Below, in pieces: positions 16,721 through 24,477 of a stretch of 32,000 nucleotides of DNA. The stretch lies in contig NZ_JAHDSX010000016.1 in the NCBI RefSeq assembly GCF_020969955.1, positions 1 through 32,000 of the forward strand, written 5' to 3'. This DNA comes from Allobaculum fili (GTDB lineage: Bacteria; Bacillota_I; Bacilli_A; Erysipelotrichales; Erysipelotrichaceae). Positions within the stretch are counted from its first letter, which is position 1. Each line of letters starts with the position of its first letter. The notes beneath the pieces are model-generated. The model worked only from the letters and a program-made list of their open reading frames with translations, was not told the origin of the DNA and made no database searches. Made by a program: the position numbers and the translations under genes.

Positions 16721-18183
16721 TTATTTTTGGCTCATTTTCACTAGAAAAATGGTTCGATGAAAAATTTTGTGGAATTTGGGATTCTTGGTTGATGGGTTTC
16801 TTGAAGCATCGATGATCTTAAGAAAGAAATACCCATCATCCTTGAAACCATAAGCCTGTCGTCTGACGGTCTTGATCTTGTTATTGATTCCTTCAATCTT
16901 TTCTGAAGATATCCCGTAAATGGCATGCGAAAGGATCCCTTCATAATGGTTCTCGCTGAGTCGCGCAAACCATTTAAAGTGCTTGTTTTTCGTTCCTTTG
17001 CACGTGTCAATCAGTGAATTCAGCAGCTGCGCCATCTCCTCTGGATCTGAGCGTTTGAAGGCTCTTTCCAGCTGGTCTTTTACCAGATCGCAGGTCATGA
17101 AGAGAGAGTTCACCTTGAGCAGTTCGTTATACCGTTTGACAAAACCTGTTTTGGCAAGAACTGGCTTTAACCCAAACAAGGTGTTCTCGCCACCCATCAT
17201 GGCTCCAGCCTTCCCTTTTGCATCTTTGGAAGCCAGCGTTGCCTTAGAAGACATCAGAATATACTTCGACCCTTTGAGAAGCCTGGCCTGCACGATTTCA
17301 CCGCTTGCGATCAGCTCTCTCTCTGAGCATCCTTCCGGACTTCAGAGACCACTTTATCGTTAAAATTCTTAACGATATGAAAATAGTCAAATACGATAGA
17401 AATCCATGGGCATCGATCTTGAAATGCTTCCTGAAAATCAGAGTTCATGTCACAGGCAACAGCTTGAACATGACTCATCCATTCAATACCCGCATGATCA
17501 ATAAAATCGTATACGACCTGTTTCTACTTGCCTCTGGCAATCCAAAGAACATGGCCGGTTTCCAGATCGATGATATGGGTGGCGTATTTATGGCCGTTAT
17601 GAAGCTTGAATTCATCGATAGCCAGATATCGACTGCAGGTATCGGTTTTCTTCAGCACTGGTCCGAGTTCCGTCTGATCCGTATAAAGCCTGCTCAGCCT
17701 GGCTTTATCAATCTCGCCAACGAGATGAGCTCCGACACCAGTCCGCTCAGCGATTTCCTTCAGGGTATAGCGGCCGCTTGCCAGCAGATCTTCAATGTAC
17801 GATTCGAGAGCTGTAGTAATCGTATGCTTCTGTGCTCTGAATGGAATAGATCGCATTTGTGTATGATGGCCGTTCTCGCAGAAGAGGCGCTGAACCTTCA
17901 CGGTGACATGGATATAAGTCAAGCCAAAGGGAAGGTGGCGTAGTGTGATTGAACGAGATGATTTGATGTGCATCTTCTGACCGCAAACGGGGCAGATTCG
18001 TTCTTCATCAGTGACTTCACAGAGTACTCCGTCACACTGATAGATGGAATGATTTCCGGAAGCATCGATCCGGGAATAAACACCTGACTGGGTAAAGCCC
18101 GGCAGCGATGAGGGAATGAAAAGCAGACCGTTATTCGATTCATTGGAAACTTGAAAAGCAGCTGAAGAGTTAGTAGAGTACAT
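16721..18183 (-). pseudogene. ISL3-family transposase, disrupted by one in-frame TAG and one frameshift
   Basis: The N-terminal part (17524-18183) has the zinc-finger CPVCG... and HTH region. An in-frame TAG at 17524-17526 is followed in the same frame by KQVVYDFIDHAGIEWMSHVQAVACDMNSDFQEAF...FHIVKNFNDKV. The frame is lost near the (CT)5 run at 17315-17324. The C-terminal part (16721-17293) carries EGINNKIKTVRRQAYGFKDDGYFFLKI. Confidence 0.88.
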
Positions 18184-18299
18184 ACGGGATCTCCTGTATC
18201 TGGTAGTCTTGATCGACTTTTCCAGCTTACGGAAGACCCTTTTTATTTTCTATATGAAGACATTGGCTCGGAGGATCCCACAAATATTTTCGTAGAGCC
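16729..18299 (-). mobile_element. ISL3-family insertion sequence (about 1.57 kb) with inactivated transposase
   Basis: Both ends start GGCTC (16729-16733; GAGCC at 18295-18299), with related inner IR blocks GAAAAATTTTGTGGAAT / GAAAATATTTGTGGGAT. Flanked by the direct repeat ATTATTTTT (16720-16728 and 18300-18308). Confidence 0.85.
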
Positions 18300-18300
18300 A

Positions 18301-19134
18301 TTATTTTTCGGAGGTGCGAATCATGTCTTCAGGAATCATGGATGGATCAAACATGACCTTGGAATGGTTGTTCCAGATCAGCTCGCGGTTTAGGAGATAA
18401 CCGTCAGCATCGCAGACTTCCTTATAAATTTTGCTGATGCGGTAATAGGTATCGCCTTCTTTTTCAAAATGATGATCGTCTTCCGTGATGCGATAAGTCT
18501 GATCAAATGGATGGATGCTGCGAAGTTCCGCCGTCAGGGTGTCGTCCGGGCAGATGATCACCAGCTGGAAATCCGCATCCGTTTCGTTTTTGAAACGGTA
18601 GTCCACATAGTTGTAGGCAACCGAGGTTCCGTTGGCCATGGGAATGCGATGGTCGAGATCGCACGCCAGCGCATCGGAATGCTGGTGGAATTCGGTAATG
18701 GTTAAAGGACTGCGTAAAACCGCGTTGCAGATCACGTTGGCCAGATTGCACAGACCGCCGCCCACATCCACGATCAGACGGTTGTCCTTAATGACACGTC
18801 CTTCACGGTAGCCTTTCTTACGAGAAATGGAACCGACGGTTTTCCAGAAGGAGAAGGTTTCGCCTGGATGAATGATCATGCCGGTCAGCTTGCTGGAAGC
18901 GATGTGGACATTGACTGCTTTGTTTTCCTGCGTGACGGGATCGATTCCCGGTCCCTTTTTCATCATGGGAACGGAATAGGAAGCCACCACATACGGAAGC
19001 GGTTCCTCCTGCCGTGTTCTGGAGATGGTTTCTTTCGAGACCAGGTCCTGTATGTTACGAACCAGAATGCCTTTGTTTACCGACAGCTGCCATAAAAACG
19101 GATAGCGTTCGGAAAGAGGTCTGCGCTCACTCAT
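18301..19134 (-). CDS. VanW family protein
   Basis: GETFSFWKTVG...GYREG...GGGLCNLANVICNAVLRS...HSD matches the VanW domain. AAAGGAG RBS. The start overlaps the yqeG stop by 4 nt. Confidence 0.85.
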   Translation of the reverse strand: MSERRPLSERYPFLWQLSVNKGILVRNIQDLVSKETISRTRQEEPLPYVVASYSVPMMKKGPGIDPVTQENKAVNVHIASSKLTGMIIHPGETFSFWKTVGSISRKKGYREGRVIKDNRLIVDVGGGLCNLANVICNAVLRSPLTITEFHQHSDALACDLDHRIPMANGTSVAYNYVDYRFKNETDADFQLVIICPDDTLTAELRSIHPFDQTYRITEDDHHFEKEGDTYYRISKIYKEVCDADGYLLNRELIWNNHSKVMFDPSMIPEDMIRTSEK

Positions 19135-19670
19135 GCCTGTTCTCCTTTCTTCAGACGGATATGACCTAGCCGATGATCGTATCGGCCGTTTTGAAACAGT
19201 TTCAGAAGAGCGGCTTCTACATAGCGGGTTTTTCCGATCTTCTGTCCCGGAACGGTAATGTAGTGGACCAGAATACTGGGGATACCTGCACCATTGGCAC
19301 AGACAATATCCTTGAAAATCTGATCGCCGATGACTACGGCCTGATCCGCCTTCAGATTCAGCATCTCCAGGGACTTCCGGCAGGCAGCGGGATCGGGCTT
19401 GCCCGCTTCGGCAACGTATGGCGAATCGATATTTTTCAGAAAATCCAGAATACGCTCTTCGCTGTTATCCGAGAGGATCAGCGTCTGAAAGCCGAGCTGA
19501 TGCAGTCTGGCAAACAGCCCGTCCACTTCGGGTGTGGATGGAGCGCCATGATGAACGAGCGTATTGTCGAGATCAAAAATCAGCCCGCGAATGCCCTGAG
19601 CGTAGAGCTTTTCATAATCGATCGCAAAAACCGAGGGGACGTATTCATACGGATAATACTTTTCTAGCAT
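19131..19670 (-). CDS. yqeG: YqeG-family HAD-IIIA phosphatase
   Basis: GLIFDLDNTLV (motif I), LSDNS (motif II), KP...GDQIFKDI (motifs III/IV), ~175 aa. AAGGAG RBS. Confidence 0.85.
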   Translation of the reverse strand: MLEKYYPYEYVPSVFAIDYEKLYAQGIRGLIFDLDNTLVHHGAPSTPEVDGLFARLHQLGFQTLILSDNSEERILDFLKNIDSPYVAEAGKPDPAACRKSLEMLNLKADQAVVIGDQIFKDIVCANGAGIPSILVHYITVPGQKIGKTRYVEAALLKLFQNGRYDHRLGHIRLKKGEQA

Positions 19671-20434
19671 GTCGTCTCCTTTTTCGTTTCAGCCGCCCTG
19701 TCTTCTGCAGATTTGTCTTTCGCTGCCGGGCGTGCCGTATCCCCAGTATTCTCCGTGTTTGTCAAAGGCGTCTGCATATACTGGCAGACCGTTTCAATCT
19801 GCTCATTGATCGGGCCGCCAAAATGATTTTCGAAAAAGGCGCTGCCGATCGTAAAGGCCCAGGGCCTGCAAGCGCGCAGCGTGTCGAGACGGCCATAATC
19901 GTTAATGCTTCCCGCAACGCATACCGGAAGCGGGCAATGGGCGACGAATTCACGAATCAGCAAGTCTGCATCTTCGGGACTTCGATAGCCAAGCAGATCG
20001 ATGCCGTCCACGCCGGCTTCGGCCAGGGCTCTGGCTTCTTCAAGCATCTCCAGGGCGCTTCCATATAAAATGGAAGGCCGCTCTTCCACTCTTCCGACAA
20101 AAGGCATGTACTTCAGACCCGCTTTTTTGCAGATGGCGTGAATGGCCGGCGAGTACTTCGTACCCATCATCATTTCAAAGCCGCATTCCACGGCAAGAAG
20201 GGCGCCTTCGAGTCCTTCTTCTTCGCTGTAGGCGACGACTTCAAGCGCCGTGTGCTTGCCGCAGTCTTTCATGCGATGACACAGTGCCTTCATCTGTTCA
20301 AGCGGCAGCGGTTCTTCTTTAAAGCCAAACCATGCCGCGGGGCTGTTTCTGCACTGTTCAAAGACAGCCTCTGCGTCGGGAATGGTCAAATCGTTATGCG
20401 TAAGCATGACAATCAGCTGGGGAAAATCTTCCAT
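19664..20434 (-). CDS. uncharacterised protein, probably TIM-barrel fold, with charged C-terminal tail
   Basis: Alternating beta/alpha-like pattern (LIVMLTHND..., ALEVVAY..., GIDLLGYR..., VCVAGSI..., FTIGSAFF). AAAGGAG RBS. The stop overlaps the yqeG start by 7 nt. No family name recognised with confidence. Confidence 0.6.
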   Translation of the reverse strand: MEDFPQLIVMLTHNDLTIPDAEAVFEQCRNSPAAWFGFKEEPLPLEQMKALCHRMKDCGKHTALEVVAYSEEEGLEGALLAVECGFEMMMGTKYSPAIHAICKKAGLKYMPFVGRVEERPSILYGSALEMLEEARALAEAGVDGIDLLGYRSPEDADLLIREFVAHCPLPVCVAGSINDYGRLDTLRACRPWAFTIGSAFFENHFGGPINEQIETVCQYMQTPLTNTENTGDTARPAAKDKSAEDRAAETKKETTC

Positions 20435-20533
20435 TCAGGAGCTCCTTTCTGCGTTGAGACGGATTCAGATCCGTATCCATAAATCTATAGAACGGTCAGC
20501 CGCTGGAATCGAGAAGATCCCGATCCCATAGGC

Positions 20534-20570
20534 TTTAGACAACCGGTTTTAGACAATAGGGGTAGACAAA
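20534..20570. repeat. three direct copies of TAGACAA at 14- and 13-bp spacing
   Basis: TAGACAA at 20536-20542, 20550-20556 and 20563-20569. On the minus strand these read TTGTCTA x3, about 100-135 nt upstream of the 19664-20434 operon start. Confidence 0.8.
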
Positions 20571-21467
20571 ATGGAAAAAAACAGGCTCTTTGTACAGATG
20601 AAAAATGTATAGAACCTCTTACAATCTTCAAAAATAAATCATTTTTCCAGCCCTGTACAGAAAGAGCTCCTGCAAAAACCAGGGATCGTCTTGGGATCAA
20701 GCAGGAAAGAACCATTCAGAAGAGCTTTCTCTATCGGGAAATACGCGATTTTCGGGGATCCGCTTACGTTTTGGAAAGTCAGTTCAGCCGCATCTTTAAA
20801 CGGCAGGAGACAGAGCCAGACAAGGAACCCAAACTTGGGATCTTCTCGCCGCCAATCGAAGCGCTGCAGTCGAAGAATAGACAATTTTGACGATCAAGAT
20901 AAATTGGATTGGACCTCGCATATTTTGATGTTTCTTCTTTCCAGCGCACGAGCGATTCAGCGCGCTCTGTCCGGGACGTTTGTAAGGTGGTATGGTATTA
21001 GGGCAAAAAGAGGACACCGGCTGATTTTGGGCTTGCGTACGCTTGAATATCGACAGAAATCGGTCGAAATCAAAGCGGAGCACAGCCGCTCAGAAAAGCT
21101 TTTCTGTGTCTTCTTTTCAAACTGAGTTATGGAAAATACAAATTGATTTTCAGAAATCGGGATAGATTTGTCCGTTTTTTTTGACGCTTTTAAACGGACG
21201 CTCAAAGGGGTCAGCAAAAGAGGCTAAAACGGATCGCACAGCGCATGGAAGCGTTTCGGTTTTCCAAATTTGTCTCTTCGAGATCCGTCCAGAATCTGTC
21301 CGGGTCTGATCAATATCCTTTTGGTGTTGGAATCGAGTTCGAATCGCCGCTTTGCCCGAAACGAAATCCAATTTGTATAGAACAGAAAAATACGGCAGTC
21401 CGACCAGGATTCTTTTCCGGCATCCGGAAAACTGGACGGCGGATCCGTTTTGAACAGGAAGGGTACT

Positions 21468-22889
21468 ATGGTTTTTTCCAGTCTGTTATTCGTCTTTGCT
21501 TTTCTCTCGATCAGCATGGGCATTTACTTGTGCGTTCCCAAACGCTATCAGAATACCGTTCTGCTCGTATCGTCACTGATCTTCTATTCCTGGGGCGGTC
21601 CGATGTATCTTCTCCTTTTATTAGGAGAAACCGCGATCAGCTGGGTGTGCGCCCTGCGAATCGGAAATCTCAAAAGCAAAAAGAAAAAGAAATTCTGGAT
21701 GACGGTGGAATGCGTCGCCCTGCTCGGGCTGCTCGCCATTTTCAAATACACCGGCTTTATCGGCTCTACTATGCAGGCGCTCACCGGCTTTCCAGAACAC
21801 GTCGCGCAAATCGTTTTGCCGATCGGCATTTCCTTTTATACGTTCCAGCTTCTGTCCTATGTCATTGATGTGTACCGCGGAGAAGTGAAGGCTCAGCGAA
21901 ACTACGCGCGCCTGCTTCTGTATTCTTCGCTGTTTCATCAGTGCATCGCCGGACCGATCGTTCGCTACAAAACCGTAGCCGATGAAATCGAACATCGTTC
22001 CGTCACGATGAACGATGTGTACGCCGGCATTCGCCGCTTCAGCATCGGTCTGGCCAAAAAAGCCATTCTTGCCAACGGCATCGCACAGGTCGCCGATCAG
22101 CTGATGTCTACCAACGCGCAGACGCTGGCCGCAACGCCGGTGCTTGGCGTCTGGATCGGCGCGCTGGCCTTTACGCTCCAGCTGTATCTCGACTTTTCCG
22201 CCTATTCCGACATGGCGATCGGCATGGGCCGCATGGTCGGTTTCCATTATCTGGAAAACTTCAACTATCCGTACATGGCCGTTACCGTTCAGGATTTCTG
22301 GAGACGCTGGCACATTTCCCTGTCTTCGTTCTTCCGGGATTATGTGTACATCCCGCTTGGCGGAAGCCGCGGCGGTACTCTCATTTACGTACGCAATATG
22401 ATCGTCGTCTGGTTTCTGACCGGTCTGTGGCATGGTGCCTCCTGGAACTATGTTCTGTGGGGCCTTTACTACCTCTGCTTCCTGCTGCTCGAACGCTTTG
22501 TCATTCGTCAGCGGATTCCCAACGGCTGGAACCGCCTGTATACCTTATCCGTAGTCCTCTTAGGAACGGTGATCTTCCGCTTTGAAGATGCGAACACGCT
22601 GCTTCTGGCATTCAAAGGTCTGTTTGGACTGAACGGTGCCGGCTTCTTCAGCTGGTCCGTATGGTCCGTCTTCCTTTCCAATATTTTCCTCATCGCCGCC
22701 TGCATGATTGGATGCACGACGCTGAGCGTCTGGATCGAACGTCTGTTTTCGGTTTGGGCCAGCAATAATTCCGTCGGCTTCGCCCTCTATTCCATTGAAC
22801 AGGTCGCTCTGCCGCTGTTCCTGCTTGCTATATCCGTGCTTGCGCTTATCGGCAACGCCTATAACCCGTTCCTGTATTTCCAGTTCTGA
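21468..22889 (+). CDS. MBOAT-family membrane-bound O-acyltransferase (AlgI/DltB/PatA-like)
   Basis: MVFSSLLFVFAFL N-terminus, FWRRWHISLSSFFRDYVYIPLGG and LTGLWHGASW (conserved MBOAT His motifs). Start set to the ATG at 21468 (GGAAGGG upstream). Confidence 0.9.
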   Translation: MVFSSLLFVFAFLSISMGIYLCVPKRYQNTVLLVSSLIFYSWGGPMYLLLLLGETAISWVCALRIGNLKSKKKKKFWMTVECVALLGLLAIFKYTGFIGSTMQALTGFPEHVAQIVLPIGISFYTFQLLSYVIDVYRGEVKAQRNYARLLLYSSLFHQCIAGPIVRYKTVADEIEHRSVTMNDVYAGIRRFSIGLAKKAILANGIAQVADQLMSTNAQTLAATPVLGVWIGALAFTLQLYLDFSAYSDMAIGMGRMVGFHYLENFNYPYMAVTVQDFWRRWHISLSSFFRDYVYIPLGGSRGGTLIYVRNMIVVWFLTGLWHGASWNYVLWGLYYLCFLLLERFVIRQRIPNGWNRLYTLSVVLLGTVIFRFEDANTLLLAFKGLFGLNGAGFFSWSVWSVFLSNIFLIAACMIGCTTLSVWIERLFSVWASNNSVGFALYSIEQVALPLFLLAISVLALIGNAYNPFLYFQF

Positions 22890-22942
22890 TCCGTTAACCC
22901 AAGTCGTGTGAAGCGGTCTTTCCGCTTCCTAGAAAGATTGAT

Positions 22943-24310
22943 ATGAAAAAACGATTTTCCAGAAAGCAGCGAAAAATTCTTTATTATTCGAGAGCGCTGG
23001 CGGTGGCCCTGTTCTGTCTTTGCATGGCCATCGGGACGATCAACGGACTGCTGCTGCCGCTGCGTCCCAATACTTCCGCGATCGAAAAGCGCGATCTGAC
23101 CCCGTTTCCGACGTTCAGCCTGACCTCCTTTATGGATGGATCCTGGTTTTCGCAGATTTCCACGTGGTACGCGGACAGCTATCCTGGCCGCGAAAAGCTC
23201 GTTGCGATGAACAACGACCTTCAGAAGCTCAAAGGCATTCCGCAAAACGAGATGGTCATTGGCGGCAATGTCACTGCCGATGAGATCGGCGGCAAGGAAA
23301 AAGCCAGTTCCAGCGCCGCGAGCAGCGAACAGGGACAGTCCGCCGACAGCCAGTTTGAAAAGCGCACTGAAGCGCCGGAAACCAATCAGCTGGCCGCCGA
23401 TATTGAAGACTCCATCATGGAAGGTCTGCTGATTAAAGACGGCGGCGCCTATGGCGGCTTCTACTTTGTACAGGAAGCCTGCGATACGTATACTTCCGCT
23501 CTCAACCGCGCAGCGGAGGAGCTGAAAGGGATCACCAACGTCTACTCGATTCTCGCTCCGGTAAACGCCTCGATCATGCTCGATGACGAAACGTACAAAA
23601 AGCTCTCCGGTTCCGATGCCAAACAGGGCATTGAATACTTCTATTCCCGCTACAACGATCTGGTCAAACCCGTTGGCACGTACGACATCCTGAAGGAACA
23701 TTCTTCCGAACCGCTCTATTTCCGTACCGACCATCACTGGACACAGCTTGGCGCCTATTATGCCTATCTCAACTTCTGCAAAGTCAAAGGGATCGAGCCT
23801 GTGAACAAGGATGAACTCGAACGTCTCGAATACTATCCGTTCACCGGTTCCTATACCGGCATGGTGCCGACCGCTACGTTCACACCCGATACGTTTGAAG
23901 CCTGGGTGCCCAAAGGCGGCAACACCATGAAAGTATTCACCGGCGACTTTGGCAACCCCAACAGCGATCAGTACTACGATGCGCAAGTCGTAAATACGTC
24001 CGAAGCCATCGACCAGTACAACCATTACATGCGCTTTATCGCCGGCGACCAGCCCTTCATTGAAATCGACAACAACGAAATCAACGACGGCAGTTCCGCC
24101 CTGGTCATCTCCGAATCCTACGGATGTGCGTTCGTCCCCTGGATCGTCAACAACTACGACAAAGTCTATGCGATGGATGAACGCTATGCGGAAGGCAACT
24201 TTGTAACCTTCTGCAAGGAAAACAACATCACCGATCTGATCGTCGTCAACAACATCCAGCTGGCCAACACCACCACACTGGCAGCTGCCATCGACGAAAA
24301 GCTCCACTAA
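22943..24310 (+). CDS. DHHW-family protein (SGNH/AlgX-like extracytoplasmic acyl-transfer partner of MBOAT)
   Basis: N-terminal TM anchor, then FRTDHHWTQLGAYYAY (the DHHW motif). Lies 53 nt downstream of the MBOAT gene. Confidence 0.85.
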   Translation: MKKRFSRKQRKILYYSRALAVALFCLCMAIGTINGLLLPLRPNTSAIEKRDLTPFPTFSLTSFMDGSWFSQISTWYADSYPGREKLVAMNNDLQKLKGIPQNEMVIGGNVTADEIGGKEKASSSAASSEQGQSADSQFEKRTEAPETNQLAADIEDSIMEGLLIKDGGAYGGFYFVQEACDTYTSALNRAAEELKGITNVYSILAPVNASIMLDDETYKKLSGSDAKQGIEYFYSRYNDLVKPVGTYDILKEHSSEPLYFRTDHHWTQLGAYYAYLNFCKVKGIEPVNKDELERLEYYPFTGSYTGMVPTATFTPDTFEAWVPKGGNTMKVFTGDFGNPNSDQYYDAQVVNTSEAIDQYNHYMRFIAGDQPFIEIDNNEINDGSSALVISESYGCAFVPWIVNNYDKVYAMDERYAEGNFVTFCKENNITDLIVVNNIQLANTTTLAAAIDEKLH

Positions 24311-24326
24311 TTTTCAAAATAGCGAA

Positions 24327-24360
24327 AGGCCAGTCCGAATCAAAACGGACTGGCCTTTTT
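24327..24360 (+). terminator. rho-independent terminator after the DHHW gene
   Basis: AGGCCAGTCCG-aatcaaaa-CGGACTGGCCT, an 11-bp stem followed by TTTTT. Confidence 0.85.
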
Positions 24361-24477
24361 CAAGGGTCGAGTTTGTATTTGGCTCAAAGCGGCTGAACCG
24401 GATGAGAGAAGTCTGCGAAGAGTCTCTCCAAAAACAGAAAAAATGGATTTCTTGTCAATCCGGATTGGCTGTATCCC

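Noticed and set aside
20960-21000. GGTGGTATGGTA resembling a T-box GGUGGUACCGCG core
   Set aside because: The match is partial, there is no specifier or antiterminator architecture around it, and no amino-acid-related gene lies downstream.
20691-21125. 144-aa + strand ORF in the 1-kb spacer
   Set aside because: Extremely basic and Ser/Arg-rich, with no RBS. A terminator-like palindrome lies inside its 3' end rather than after it.
22859-24307. Long antisense ORFs mirroring real genes. These are 22859-24307 (-), 24598-25590 (+), 26493-27536 (+), 12767-13744 (+), 29452-30870 (-), 7905-8990 (-), 21621-22433 (-), 6186-6899 (-), 7020-7874 (-) and 9785-10618 (-).
   Set aside because: Each lies opposite a gene with unambiguous family motifs. 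Their translations are Arg/Gly/Val/Asp- or Arg/Gln/Lys-rich with no motifs and no RBS. Such shadow ORFs are expected from the codon bias of the true strand.
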